Shown: one piece after another, positions 39,081-52,325 of the stretch
Position numbering within the stretch: position 1 is the first letter of the stretch
Layout of the letters: each line of letters opens with the position of its first letter
Source of the DNA: Felis catus
Taxonomy: Eukaryota
DNA length: 64,000 bases
Reading direction: 5' to 3'
Assembly: GCF_018350175.1 (NCBI RefSeq)
Contig: NC_058368.1
Location: 30,258,001-30,322,000 of the forward strand
The notes under the pieces: generated by a model
Databases searched by the model: none
What the model was told of the DNA's origin: nothing
The model's input: the letters and a program-made list of their open reading frames with translations, nothing else
Program-made: the position numbers and the translations under genes

Positions 39081-39547
39081 TCACCAAGGAGGGAAACAAC
39101 ATTAATAAGCATTTCAAAGTACTTCTGTTTTCCCCCAACATTATATGTGTGTGCTAGGATAGAGTGAGGGAGCTGTCAGTACTCTGTGGATGACAGTCAT
39201 TGGTGGCTTTGAATGGAATTGGAAGTTGTTTTATCATTTTTTTTTTACACTGTTACCAAGGGGACACTTTGAGGTAATAACTCTATCAGTGAAATTTTGA
39301 ACTGGGGAATGAATGGATGTGACAGACTCTGGAATCTATGAGGTTCCCGAGCTTTTCTAGGGTGGGAAAGGGGGCGAAGGCATGGAGGGGATGTTACATT
39401 TTTTTCTAGAAATCCCTTGGAAACCCTGCTCCATCTTTGTATGAGATTCTGTATATTGAGGAGACAGCTGAGACACCATTTACAGGTCCAATTAAATATG
39501 GAAGGTGGGGGAGAAGGGGGAAGTCAGGGATGGTTCCGGTGAGTAAT

Positions 39548-39631
39548 TGCCTGCTCATGCCCTGTCTCTCTCTCTCTCTCTCTCTCTCAATCAAAAATAA
39601 ACAAACATAAAAAAAATTAAAAAAAAAAAAA
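39548..39631 (+). mobile_element. 5'-truncated SINEC (CT tract and A tail only), inside a degenerate L2
   Basis: cctgctcatgccctgtctctc…caaaaataaacaaacataaaaaa. Confidence 0.75.
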
Positions 39632-39759
39632 CAAGACAACACAGGTTCTGATTTACTATTCACTAGGTGGTGCAGTTGATAAACTCACTTTTGATTTTGA
39701 AGTGCCTGAGGGACATTCAAGAAGAGATGCCCTATAGAATGATCCATGGCTCTGTACTC

Positions 39760-39900
39760 TATACAGAGCATTTAGTGCTCAACTAGCAAAGGAGGGAAGC
39801 ATTATGATCCCCATTTTACAGATGAGGAACTAAAACTCACAGAAGTTATTTACCTTACGCTACGTCCATATGAGACCTATATGATTCCAAACCCAAGGAC
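39760..39900 (-). mobile_element. MIR SINE
   Basis: atccccattttacagatgaggaactaaaactcacagaagtt. Confidence 0.75.
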
Positions 39901-41084
39901 TCAAAGTGGTCCCAGCCACCTGACCTAAGACAAAAGCAGCCAAGATATTGCAGGGTTTTATGCCTCAGTACCTGGTGTTCATTGTCTCCCTGCTTTGAAG
40001 GATGAAGAGGTGGGCGCAAAATAAAATAAGCAATGGGCAAAAGTTGATTAAAAAGTAAGAATAACAAAAGTAAGAATAGCACCAAAGCTTGCTTTGCTGA
40101 GAGGTGGCATTTGAAAGTGAATAGCCCCGACTATGGGCAAAGGACATTATTTGATAGGGTTTTGGTCCATCCCCGCGCCCCCTGCCCCAATATTTTTTTT
40201 TCTTCATTGGCCCGATAACCGTAGGTGCTGAGTTGTTCATTTCTCTGGGAAACACGAGGGGGCGGCGGGGTGGGGGGGGGGGTTGCAGTAAAAACCTAGT
40301 GTTTGTTACATTTTTAAGAAAAGCTTTATGTCTGTGGGAGTTTTTCTTGTGGTCAGACCTGAGGGAGTTTCTCTCAAGGTCAGATGTCCCCAGCACTGTT
40401 TTAAAATGTGTGTTTTTTTCTACATTTAGGGACCTCAAGTCCTAACCTTTCCCTCTGTACCTATTTAACCTCATCTTTCCGTATTGTACAGGGACTGTTG
40501 CTCTTTACTCAGGACACACCCGTGTCCTATTTCGACTTGCTTCCTCCCAGATCTGGAAGCTCTATAAAGCAAAGCCTTAACATGAGCTCCCACAGCGTTA
40601 ATGTTTAAAATAACATGGGAGCCTAGAATCGCTACTTGTTAATCATATGTTAGGAAGTACGCTCACCATGTAGTATATGATCTTCAATATATTCTAAATA
40701 GCTGTAACATCTAGGTTAGAATTCACCAGAATTTTGAAGAACGGTCTGCTTCAAGGGTTTACGATTTGGCCAGGTTTGCTAAATTTCTGTTCTTTCTTTT
40801 CTTGTTTTGTTTTGTTTTGTTTTGTTTTTAACGTGAGATCACTATTATTTTCAAAACAGCAATTTCTTGGAGGTATCTATACTTGTTTTTATGGTAGCCT
40901 TTAAAAATGTTATGTCATCTGTGTTCATTATACAAATTCAAATTTTAAATCCTTTTTAAAAAGTTGAATTCTTTAGTATAAAAAATTTTAATACACTCTG
41001 CTTGGGAGATAGTCTTCATATTGTATGGTAAAAATGGTATGCTAGCTTTGGATAACTTAAGTTATAGAAGGATAAAGAAAAGGC

Positions 41085-41300
41085 TTTTTGTTTTCAAGTT
41101 TATTCATTTATTTAGAGAGAGTGAGAGAGAGCATGTACACATGAACAAGGGAGGGACAGAGGGAGAGAAAGAATCCCAAACAGACTCCTGACTGTCAGTG
41201 CAGAGCCCCACATGGGGCTCAAACTCATGAGCCATGAGATCATGACCTGAGCTGAAATCAAGAGTTGGATGCTGAACTGACTGGGCCACCTAGGCGCCCC
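41085..41300 (-). mobile_element. Carnivore SINE (SINEC)
   Basis: gagatcatgacctgagctgaaatcaagagttgg…ccacctaggcgcccc. Confidence 0.93.
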
Positions 41301-41979
41301 AGGGTAAAGAAAAATCTAGTGGTTTCTAACTCAAACACAGTTTCAAGCCAAGATGAGAATTTTTGTGGGCCATTAGTTCCTAATGGAGATTAGTGTCTTA
41401 ACTATTTTTTATAAGTGTGTAAATGTACAGAACTGGCAAGATACTGAGGTTTGAACAACAACACAGTTATCTCTGGCCTGCACGCAAAGAAACGGTCTAC
41501 AATGAATGACCTGAAACAAGGGTTCTAAGGGAAAGCTGGAAGTCACTGGGTGCTCGTTGATGGAACACAGGTCATTACCCTTTGAGGATGGGATACAAAA
41601 TATGGCCAACAGGCTGACTCTAGTTTTTGGCCACATCACTAATTTAGGAGATGGGTGACAAGATCTGAATGCTTCCTCCTAACAAGAAACCTGAAAGAAA
41701 GAAGTAATCAGAAGAGACTGCTATGTTTTCTACTTGACGAAGGAAGTAAGGCAGTGAAATGCCTTGTCTACAGACACAGATGTACGTGGGTGAATGAAAA
41801 AAAAAGTAGAAAAATGAAAAGAGATGGAATGACATCTTATCTGTAGCTTTAAGTGAGCAAAACCACAAATGGAGGTTATTTGCTTCTAATTTGAGTTAGA
41901 CTTGAGTATGTATTTCCCAATAGTAGGTACTACGATGTGAACTCTCTTTTCAGAAAGACTACCGTAAAAATTTCACCGA

Positions 41980-42170
41980 TTACTATCTCTGCGACCTTGG
42001 GCACGTTCCATAACTTTCCTAAGCCTGAACGTTCTCAACTTGTACAATGGAAATAGTATTTATACCTGCTTCAGAGCACTGTGAACATGAAATGCAATTA
42101 TGTTTGTAAGGTGCTTAGCCTAACATCTGGTCCATGACACGCAGTCAATTAACACAAGCAATTACTATTA
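41980..42170 (+). mobile_element. MIR SINE
   Basis: gcgaccttgggcacgttccataactttcctaagcctg…gtaaggtgcttagcctaacatctgg. Confidence 0.75.
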
Positions 42171-43254
42171 TCCTTATCGTTTGGGCAAATCTAGTCAAAT
42201 GCAGCTGACATCTCATTCCGAGCTATCTTGTTTCTTTTGCCCTGCCTTCTGGTAGAAAATTACTGGTTGCCTCTGGGTTCTGGCTCATCGAGGAATTCTG
42301 CTTCATGAAAACTCTTCTCCACTCAGCCATTGTCCTCTGGTTAAAGTAGAGGTCAGAGCTCTGTGGTATGGGATAGAGTCTGAGGAGACCAGCTCTAGAG
42401 CAGGAACAGGACGTAAATCCCTACAGGGCCCTCCTCCATTTGCCACAAATGTGGCTTTCTTTTCTGTTCTTCTCCCCTCACATCTCTCCCCCGGCATCCC
42501 TGGTGTCTTTCCCCTTCCCTCTAACATAATGGCTTTTTCTTTTGTCATTTGTTTTTCTAGTTAGATCTTGAACCAGCCAGAGTGACAATGAACTCAGCCC
42601 AACTGGGCTATTGGCCGTGTGCCATTTCCATTCTTCTGTTTAGCTCCACAAACCCTCAGATGGGATAGGGTTAAGATCAGTTAAGATGGCTTAACTGAGC
42701 GGGGCCACGTCAGTGTTAGGCCCTCACTCCTCCATACTTTTTCTGAGCCCTCCTCGCTCACTCACCTGTTGTCCCGTGTCCTCTTGTGTCTGACCTTCAC
42801 GTGTGGTTCTCAGCTCTGATCACTGATTCCACTGGTCTTCCTGAGAGCATTCGTCGTCTCTGCTTCAGACGCTGAACTCTTTATTAGCTCCTTTAACACT
42901 TGTTCTGCTATTGTCTTGACTGTCCTAATAATGGTATATTTGATTCTGTGCCAAAAGTTGTAGATAGGCAAATATTCAGCATCTTCAAAACTTTTGTGAA
43001 TAGAATAGTCAGTGCTCACTCTCTCCTACCCTGCTTCTCCATAATGGAACTAGGTAAGCCCGAGTTCTGCAGAGGCTTTAAATAGAAGTTTCCGTGGTGA
43101 TTGGCCCAGGGAAGGAGTGCTTTTCTCACCATCCTGACCGACATCTTCACTACTCACACCTGTAGTATTTCATACAGGTATACACATGATTTGTATAGTT
43201 TGTGGTTTAAAAAGCTGCTGATTAGATGGATGGTGTTACCTTCCCCATTCCTTC

Positions 43255-43630
43255 GGAACCACGTTACAAAGAGTCCTGAAGCTTATGTCATATTTGGAGG
43301 CTCTTGAAGAAAAATAATACAAAAATTGTGAATACAAAATTAATATTTCTCCAAAATTAAAAAAAAGCAAACTATAACAAATTACAATTTTTGAAAGCTG
43401 GAAAACCCCCCAAATCATCATACAATTCAGAAAAATGACCTCTCTTTATTGACACGCCTCCATAACATGTTTTCCTACATTTTTGGTTACATGCTCTTTA
43501 ATTGCCTCTTTATATGACAAAGATTTCACAATATTGTTCTCTATAGTGAGAAGATAAAATTCATCTTTTTCTCTAGCACATTAATGGAAATTGGTATCTT
43601 TTTATTGACGGCTTAAAAAATTTTTGTCTC
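43255..43630. mobile_element. hAT-Tip100 DNA transposon fossil (Zaphod/MER115-like)
   Basis: cctgaagcttat…ttggaggctc…aatacaaaaattgtgaatacaaaatt…gacacgcctccataac…ttcctacatttttgg matches my recollection of the Zaphod/MER115 terminus. Confidence 0.7.
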
Positions 43631-43704
43631 ATTAGCCCCACAATAAAGCCACCCTGCCTTCTAGTCTTTCTCCTTCTTACTACTGTCCCACATAACTATT
43701 TATT

Positions 43705-43866
43705 TTTTCTTCTCCTTTCCTTTCTTCCTTCCTTCTTCCCTCCATCCCTCCCTTTATTCCTCTGTTCCTGCATTCCTCCTTTCCTTCCTTCTTTCCTTCC
43801 TTCCTTCCTTCCTTCCTTCCTTCCTTCCTTCCTTCTTGCCTCTCTGCCTGCCTTCCTTCCTTCCCT
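43705..43866. repeat. (CCTT)n polypyrimidine tract
   Basis: Read directly from the sequence. Confidence 0.9.
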
Positions 43867-43884
43867 CGATTGTAGAATTCTTGG

Positions 43885-44228
43885 AGGATGGGGGAAACGG
43901 GGAGATGTTGGTCAAAGGATACAAACTCTCAGCTATAAGGTAAATACAGTCTCAGGATGTGATATACAGCATGGTGACTTTAATTCACAATACCATATTA
44001 TACAATTTTAAGTTATTAAGAGAGTAGATCTTAAATGTTAACACACACAAGCGCGCGCACACACACACACACACACATACACACTGCTAATTATGTAAAG
44101 GATGGAGGTATTAATTAACCTTATTGTGGTAATCATTTTGCAGTATATATGTGTACCAAATCATATTGTATACCTTAAACTGACATATGTTCTATGTAAA
44201 TAATGTATCAATAAAGCTGAGGGGAAAA
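43885..44228 (+). mobile_element. L1MA-type 3' end
   Basis: ggggagatgttggtcaaaggatacaaac…tacagcatggtgact…gagagtagatcttaa…tgtataccttaaac…caataaagctg. Confidence 0.9.
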
Positions 44229-44239
44229 CTCCAAAATTA

Positions 44240-44430
44240 TTAAGAGTGACTGCTTGAACTTGCTTGGACTTTTGTTCCTTGAGTGAGTTGCTTAACCTCT
44301 CTGAACTTAATCACTTGTCTGTGAAATGGGAGATAATTATAATGCTGATCTCAAAGAATTAACTAAGATGAGATGTGTAAATTATTTAACTGACACATAC
44401 TGAGTGCTCAGTAAATGTTAGCTTTTGTTC
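44240..44430 (+). mobile_element. MIR SINE
   Basis: gagttgcttaacctctctgaact…ctgtgaaatgggagataat…gtgctcagtaaatgttagct. Confidence 0.8.
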
Positions 44431-45124
44431 TACATAGATACAAAGCAGAAGAGAGGTCACACTCTTTGGGAATATGGGACAGAATATACATGAAAAATTA
44501 TATCCTGAATCTTCATAGTAATTGCTCCCAATAGCAGGTGGCAAACGTCCCAGCAAGACAAAGTTGTTTGGTATGCCACATATGTGATTGAGCCATGCGT
44601 TAAGTGCTAAGATTTGGATAAACACAGTGGCAAATGAAGGAGACATATCTGTTGGAGATTGTCACAAAGATATAGGCGTGGATTCTGGAAAATGTGTGGC
44701 CGCTTGCACTACGATAGAAAATTTTAAACTGTGTTTCCTTCGAACACAATAAGCTGGACCATAGATTTAAGCCACCAAAATCAACATTTAGCTAGCTTTG
44801 TAAAATTTCCCTCCTTTCACCAAATTAAAGTCAATGGATAAAATTTTCTCTGCTTACGAGTTTTTAGCCTAATTAAAAAACAAAACAAAACAACAACTTA
44901 GGAGCTGGCTTCCACTGCCTTGCTGACATGTAATAGAAGCAAGAAATACTTAGGCAATGAATATTCAACAGAAAATTCTGTAAATAAGTGGCAAACGCCA
45001 TTGGTAGGCTGGCAAAATTGTCTTTCTCAAACCCCTTCTGTTTTTATTGTTTTCCACGAAAAACAATAGAATATTAGATGTTCCTATCAGCCTCCCTTGA
45101 GAAAATCCTATTAGTAGAATGGTA

Positions 45125-45330
45125 CTGGGGATTTTTTTGAGAAAGTTTTTGCTTTTCTGACAGGGGGAGACAAGGCTGGTAAGACATTTTCTCCTCTTCC
45201 TCCTGTCTTGGCTGCAGACATATTACCTGGGACCAGAACTGCAATCTTAAGACTAAGAAGGAAAGAACAAGAGACTGTAGAGACACTGGCCCTGGCATCA
45301 CAGACCCACTAAAGCAATGCCATCTGCCAC
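45125..45330 (+). mobile_element. MaLR LTR fragment (MLT1J-like)
   Basis: gaaagtttttgcttttctga…ctcttcctcctgtcttggctgcagac…gcaatcttaagac. Confidence 0.5.
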
Positions 45331-45499
45331 AGGGTTAGAGCAGAAACAAAAACAAAAGGAAAAACGAAAACCAAAACACCGAAAAACCAAAACAATCTCA
45401 TTGCTCATGTTCTGTAGCAGTTGAGGTGTGAGGTTTTGAAGCAGGTAGCTTTTTATGCCACTAAGAGTTTTCACTTGTGTCCCTAAACAGTAAGTCAGG

Positions 45500-45660
45500 G
45501 ACTTTGAGTCTTTCATCCAAACTATCTATGTGACCCTGATCAAGTTACTTAACCTCTGTTTTCTCATTTATAAGTGGACCATTATACCAACCTATCTTAC
45601 AGGGATATCGTGAGCTCCAGTAAATAAGTCTAAAGTGCTTCATAAACGCTTAATGATGAT
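45500..45660 (+). mobile_element. MIR SINE
   Basis: tgtgaccctgatcaagttacttaacctctg…acctatcttacaggg. Confidence 0.75.
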
Positions 45661-47342
45661 AGTGATCAGGCAAGCAGAACCCCTTTTGTAGGACACAGAA
45701 ATGAGCTGCTCTGAAGAAGGTATCAACAAAAATAGACAAGGAAAGAGTACACATCTTCTTAAGGAAAGGTGATCATTTAAACCCTGAGTATCTAATTGAA
45801 GACTAAGTGGAGAAGATGATGGTGTCATGATTGGGTTTATTCAGAATGCAGTTCAAGATTCATCTGTTGAAAAAGAGACTTATTTTATTCTTTCTGTAGA
45901 TTGTACGGTACAGGGAGTCGTGACCAGGGAATGGGAGTGCCTGCTTCTCTACAAAACAGCTCACCTTTTAGCCTCTTTCTTCAAATTCTGCTTACATTTT
46001 TTTGTCTTTGATAGAGAAAAAGAATCAAGATGTAAATAGCTAAAGATGGGACAAATGCATACAAACGCTGTCATTTCAGAAAGCATTAAAATTATGTTCT
46101 AAATCAGCTTTAAAATGTAGGTATGCCTGCTGGGATCCTGTTTTTGTTTTTTTGTTTTTGTTTTTGTTTTTTTTGTTTTGTTTTTTTTTTTCTGTGAGTT
46201 CGTAGGCATAGGACTGTGGATTATCCACAGGGGCTCTGCCATGTAAAATCTCCAGAAAATTGACACCACCCTGTTCTCCTTCAGTGATAAGAGTTGGATT
46301 AATTCAGGTAAAAATTTCAAACTCTGTCATTTCCTTTTGCCATTTTTTTTCCTTTTTCTTATTGTTAGCAGTTTTCTTGTTCCCTTTAATATGCTCTCTA
46401 TCATTTTAAAATCTATACCCGAGTAGAGAACCCAAGGTAAATGTTTGAATGAAACCTCAGAATTGTTCTGTCCATATTACATGCATTTCAATGTTTTCTG
46501 GGGCTGTATAGTTCTGTTGAACAGACATATGCCTAATGAAGCCGAGTATATGGTTTCGATCCTGGCTAATGAACTAGCTAGATTTTCACAGAGAAAAATT
46601 CCACTCATTAGGTGAAAGCTGTGGTTTCAATGTGTTAGTATGTTCAGCTGATGGTCCCACGTATTAGCGGGTGTGCTTCCATCGCTCAGAAATCAACTCA
46701 AGGCAACATATTCTACCCGAAGAAGAGAAAGGTTAGCGTCTACAACATCATAGTTGATTACAAAAAGGTGAGCTTGAAAAGTGAGTAAAACTCTAGTTTG
46801 CACTTTAATGGGTCTTATAAAGCTTTGCTTTTGACCTTTTCTTCATTTCTAACTTTCCAGGGAGCCTGCACTCATCTGGACTAGTAATTTCTCTGGGGCT
46901 CAATGCATCCACACTCCTGAGGAGGAAAATGACTGGCGATGGGTTCATATCCCACTTGCCCCTTCTCTCTGGATCTAGACAAGGTCTCTTTTCTTTTCGT
47001 TGGCAATTTATGAGGTTTCTTTCATTATTAGTGACCAGTAGGCTTTGGCCCCTTCAGGTAGATTGGATGAGAATTGATGCAGGGACTGAGTCTTTCCACA
47101 CTCTCAGATGTACCTTTAGCAGACTTGCTTAATAGATAAGTATATCATAAAGAATTGTTTTCCAATTGCAATTTCAAATGGCAAACTTGCACTTCTACTT
47201 TTTTAATGCTAACATTAAAAATTGTTAAAATCTTATATAAAATATTTGCTTGCTATTTATTTCTTTTTAATGCACAGCTAGTTCTTCAGGTACATCAAGT
47301 AGCTGTCCAAAGTATTTTCCTTTTCTTCCCTGAAACACGCAT

Positions 47343-47378
<36 letters not shown>

Positions 47379-49289
47379 TCACACTCACCTTTTTCTCCTA
47401 CATTCATTCTTTGGGCTAATTTACTATCTGTAATTGGGAGCCCATGTTTAAAAATATCCAGTATATTGTTTGGTAGATTTGAACTAAAATGATTTTCTTG
47501 TTTATATGATTTCTTAAAAATACAAAAGTAATACACATCACCATGTTTCATATTAATAACTCGGTGCTTCCTGAAGTGGTAAATGTACTTTTGTAAACTC
47601 TTTAAACTTACCCCTTAATGAGTTTCTTATTCTAATGGATCTGATTTTGGTAACACATTATGCATCTTGAATGACATATTTAATACTTATCCTTTAAGAA
47701 GTTATTGGCAAGATTGTAACTATAAGTATTAAAGGTCTTTCCTCACCTGTTAGAAAAAAATAAAAGGATGGGGGAAGAACTGTATCAATTATCATGAAAA
47801 GAGGAGCAGATAATGTCCTTTCGCAAGAAACACTCTTAAAAGATAATGAACATGAAAAATTAATTAGATTTCAAGTTGGAAGTATCTTTCTCTACTTGAT
47901 GAATTTGATAGTGCTGCTATTGCTACCTTAATGCATAAAAGGAAAAATGTCAAAATTAATAAGATAGTCAAGAATAAAGGGAGCGGGATGGTTATCTTTG
48001 AGGGGGCTGAGTACTCACTAGAAATAATAGCTAATTGGTATAAAGCTAACTTCGGAAAAGAATCAGGCAACATTGTTTTAGACATCTTTGACTGGCATGG
48101 TTTCTAAAAACACTCTAGTTTGCAGAGATTTAAATGCATTATAATGGAAATTGGATATCTTTGGACTGAGAAATTAGTATTTGTGTCTGGCTTGTAACTT
48201 ATAAACATGTTGTTGAAAGATTTTTATTTCTTGAGAGGAAATGAGCCAGACATTTAGGATTCTCATGCCTTTCATATTCCAATTTGTTCTTTCATAAAAT
48301 TAAATATTTTTTTTTGAGTTCAAAAAAGATTTTTCCAGGGCAGATGTGTGAAGAGAATGAAATGAGAGTTTTTATTTTAACCTCCCACGTCTCTCTCCTC
48401 AGTGATTATTTGAAAACCATTTACCTCTGTGGTGATAAATAAAATCTGGAAACCTGTCATCTTGTAGCTTAATTAAAAAGTTTAAGAAAAATATTTGATG
48501 CCTTATTTGGAACAGCCTGGACCAAATGGCTTCTTGAGGCCCCTTCCAGTTTGCAGAAGACCTTTTTCTATAAATACTTTGATGTCAGGATTAGATCCAA
48601 ATGATCAAAAGAATTTTCCTGGCCTCAATCACCCTATACACAGATACAGAGTTATCATCTCTTTTTATGTGTCAAAAACACAATGGATGGCATACTGGTG
48701 ATGTTTCCCAGGCAATGTTATGGACAAAGAAGTTTAGTTCATCTGTGTGAAAAGGTTCTGTGTCAACATTAGTCTTCAAAATTTTATGAAATAGGGTTTA
48801 GAGAACACAGGTTTGTTTGGATGAACTGATAAATTTAAAAGCAAATAAAATATTTGGGTAAGTAGCAAGAATAATGAGATTAGAGAGCAATTTCCTTCTG
48901 AATTCAGAGGAAACATTCTCTTGAATAATCTGAAACATCATAAGCCAGACTGTCATTAAACAAAACAAATATCAAAGAAGAATTAAATTCAGGAGATCCA
49001 TGAGGCCAATAAGTGCCTTCTTTGAGACTTCCAAGTCTTCTGGCTGGTGAGATCCACCATCTATCATGATGGTGGAGGCCACATTTGTTCTTAGATTATT
49101 GCCACGATCTTTGGAATCTGTGACATATGTGCTGGGGAGGAGTTTTGCCTGGATTTTGTTTATATTTTAGACTAGTTTGAGTCTATTTTCTGATTATGGC
49201 TTATTATTATTTTTTAAATAAAATAATGCAGGCTTATATTAATTTTATGAAACCAATAGGAAGCTCTGTAAAGAGCCTCGTAACAACAC

Positions 49290-49620
49290 GGCTTAGAGAA
49301 CATCGCTTTTGTTCTCTCGTGCAACACAGCCAACGTGAGTGTTTCTGGTTGTTGAATAGCTCTGCTCCACACACTTTCAGACATTTCACACTTTCTGACA
49401 CACCTTCCATCTACAATGCCTGCTTTCTAGGTTGGCTGTGGTCACCGGACAGAAAGGAGAAGGAAAGAATTCAAAGATCACGCCTGATGGAAGCTGAACA
49501 TTACTTCTGTTCATATTTTATTGGAGAGAACTTAGTCACATAGTCACGTGTAGCTACCAGAGAGCTGGAAAACATGGCTTAGCCATGGTGCAAACGGGAA
49601 GCAAGAAAACACTTTGGTGG
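49290..49620 (-). mobile_element. MaLR LTR fragment (MLT1K/J-like)
   Basis: cattacttctgttcatattttattggagagaacttagtcacat…agctaccagagagctggaaaa. Confidence 0.65.
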
Positions 49621-52084
49621 GCCGCTAGGAGCTCCGCACATTGCTTGTCAAGAAACACAGTTGAGTCAAGTACAAAGGAGAAAGGAAGAATCACCCTAAA
49701 TTCTACTACCTAAAATAGTTTGGTGAATATTATTCTGCACATCTTTTTTTTTTTTTTTGGACAGATTCAGCACAGGTGGACAAATATTTTAACTTTGAAA
49801 ACATGCAACCATTCTCTCTATAAAATACTACGTTTAATTTTATTTAATTTATTCAAATTTTAGAAGAAAACACATGCTGAGGTGAAACTTAAGAAATTAC
49901 CAGCATTTGTTAACCCAGAAGAAATTGTAAGTTTTATGTCATCCTGTTATTGGCATGATTTAAAAAAAAATTTATTTCAAATTTAAATAGTGTTTGATAG
50001 GCAATCTGTTAGGGGAGATGAGGTGATAAGGGCTCCTCTGTTTCTTTTCACTCCGCCTTCCCTCCCTCTGTCTCCCGGTTTTTGTTTCAAATTATTTCTC
50101 TTTGTCAGCATTGTGGCATTACATTTTGTTCTGTGGACATAATTCCCTCTGTTAATCATTATGAGTTCTCTATTTAAATGGAAGCAATGCTCAGCACTGG
50201 TTCTTTTACCATGACTTTTCCATTACTGAGTTTGCTTTTTAATTTATCACTTGGTTGGTTGGATTTTATTGTCATGTAGTTTTAAAATTTTTATTTACTT
50301 TATTTTTTAGCAAAGGGATTATAAATTCCCGATCCTCAGAGCTCTTTCATATTTGAGAATGTCGCCTTTATACTCGAACAGCTTGGCTGGGTGTACTACC
50401 CTTGGTCACACGTGCTGCTCCGTAAAATGTGACGGACATTGTTCTGTTGACTGCTGGGATTAAGTATTGCCTCGAAAAAGCATGAAGGCCAGCCTGATTT
50501 TTCCCGCCGTGGAAAACTTCTCCTGTGGAAAAAGTTATTAATATAGTGCATATATAAAATACCATAGCTGTGACAGAAACTGTGTGCTCAGCAAAACTTC
50601 ACGTATCTCCTGATCTTCTTCCCAGGATCAGTTTGCTTTCCTTCTCTCGGAAGAACTTTGATACTGGAGCATTGATTTCTACACATTTCTTGCAGTCTGA
50701 GGCCGTAGGCGTGGGGCTGGTGGAGAACTCTTGTAGGACTAAACCTGAAGAGGTGCTGCTTTTTTTTTTTTTTTTTTTTTTTAGATTTTTAAAAAATGTT
50801 TGGTACAAAAGTCCACTCTGTTCAGAGCGGGGCACTTCCCACCCCTGGGCTTTAATGTGTTTCTTCCTATTCAGCACACCTGTTCTGGAATAAGGTTCTC
50901 CCTGACTTTGCTGAGTCCTCTGGTGGTAGCGGCTTCTGCTGATGCCTACTTTCCATAAGGAAGCTTCTCCCTACCCTGGGGGACACCAGTAGGACTGTTC
51001 CACATGTTGCCCACTTACCTTTCTTCAGAAGTACGTGGAGGTGTGAATGACATTAAGAGTCCATTATCTAATTTCTCAGGTAAGGCACCACAAACAATGC
51101 TTTAATGATCAAGCGGTGCTCTGAAATCTCACCATGAATTTTCATCATAACTGCAAGCAAATGGCTCTGACCTATAATTTTGAATTCTCTCTTTGGTTTG
51201 CAAACAATTTCCTCCAGAGTGCATTGCTTTCTACTTCACAGCGATCTTGGATATAAACATGGATCTAAGAAAAATGAAGCAAAACAAAAGACCCTCTTTG
51301 AAATGTATATCTCGTGTAGCATTGAAGACAGCTGCTTACCCTGTTTCAACCCTGCAGATCCTGGAGGAAATGGCAGAATGGCCGCCATCGAAAAATAACA
51401 AACACTGAAAAGTTTTGACAAGTTGACTATAATTACTGCAGCTGCTCGCTTCGTTTTTAAAAACTACTGTTATGTAGCAATTAGGAAATACCTGTTTTAG
51501 GAGTTACAGCCTTTGTGTAGCTGCTCTTTCTTCTCGTCTCCTCCATTCCAGGGAGAAGAGATTGTGTCTAATAAGTCCCATCGTCATCTCCGCCACTTGG
51601 AACTCATGGTCGTGCCATTAGTGTCCACAGAGGACCTGGACCAAAATAATCATGACCCATACCTTGCTCATCCTCAAACTCCTTACCATGGGCTGTTTCC
51701 CAGGAGGAGCTGGGAAGACCAGAAGTGCTGTGTCAAGCAAAACCAGTTTTCAGCACCTGTTTCAGATGCATATCCAGGGCCTCTGACTAGGTGCGTCTAG
51801 ATGGCAGGCATGTGACATGTGGACCGTTGTCATCGCAAGTGGACTACTCGACAGTTTCTGTGTGCCCTTCTGCCAGCTTGGCCCAGGGCCAGCCTCAGAG
51901 TCCGGGAAGCTGCTGCCAGTTCCTCAGTATCAACACATGAGCTGAAACTGATATGTCATCCTTGATAAGTGTAAGTGACCAGTTTTTAAAATTAGAATGG
52001 ATGAAACATTAAAGCCCCCTTTCCTTCTTAATTCTGAAAACATTTCAGAATCTTGGATTGTCAGGTATTCCTCAATATGACAAC

Positions 52085-52106
52085 TTTTTTTTAAAGTTTA
52101 TTTGTT

Positions 52107-52146
<40 letters not shown>

Positions 52147-52325
52147 TATGAGTAGGGGAGGGGCAGAGAGAAAAGGAGAGAGAGGATCCCAAGTAGGCTC
52201 TATACTGTCAGCTTGGAGCCTGACCAGGGCTTGAACTCATGAACCATGAGGTCACCACCTGAGCCAACAACCTGAGCCGAAATCAAGAGTCCAACGCCCA
52301 ACCAACTGAGCCACCCAGGCACCCC
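52085..52325 (-). mobile_element. Carnivore SINE (SINEC) with small internal duplication (acctgagcc x2)
   Basis: Body and head present. TSD cctcaat(a/g)tgacaa. Confidence 0.93.
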
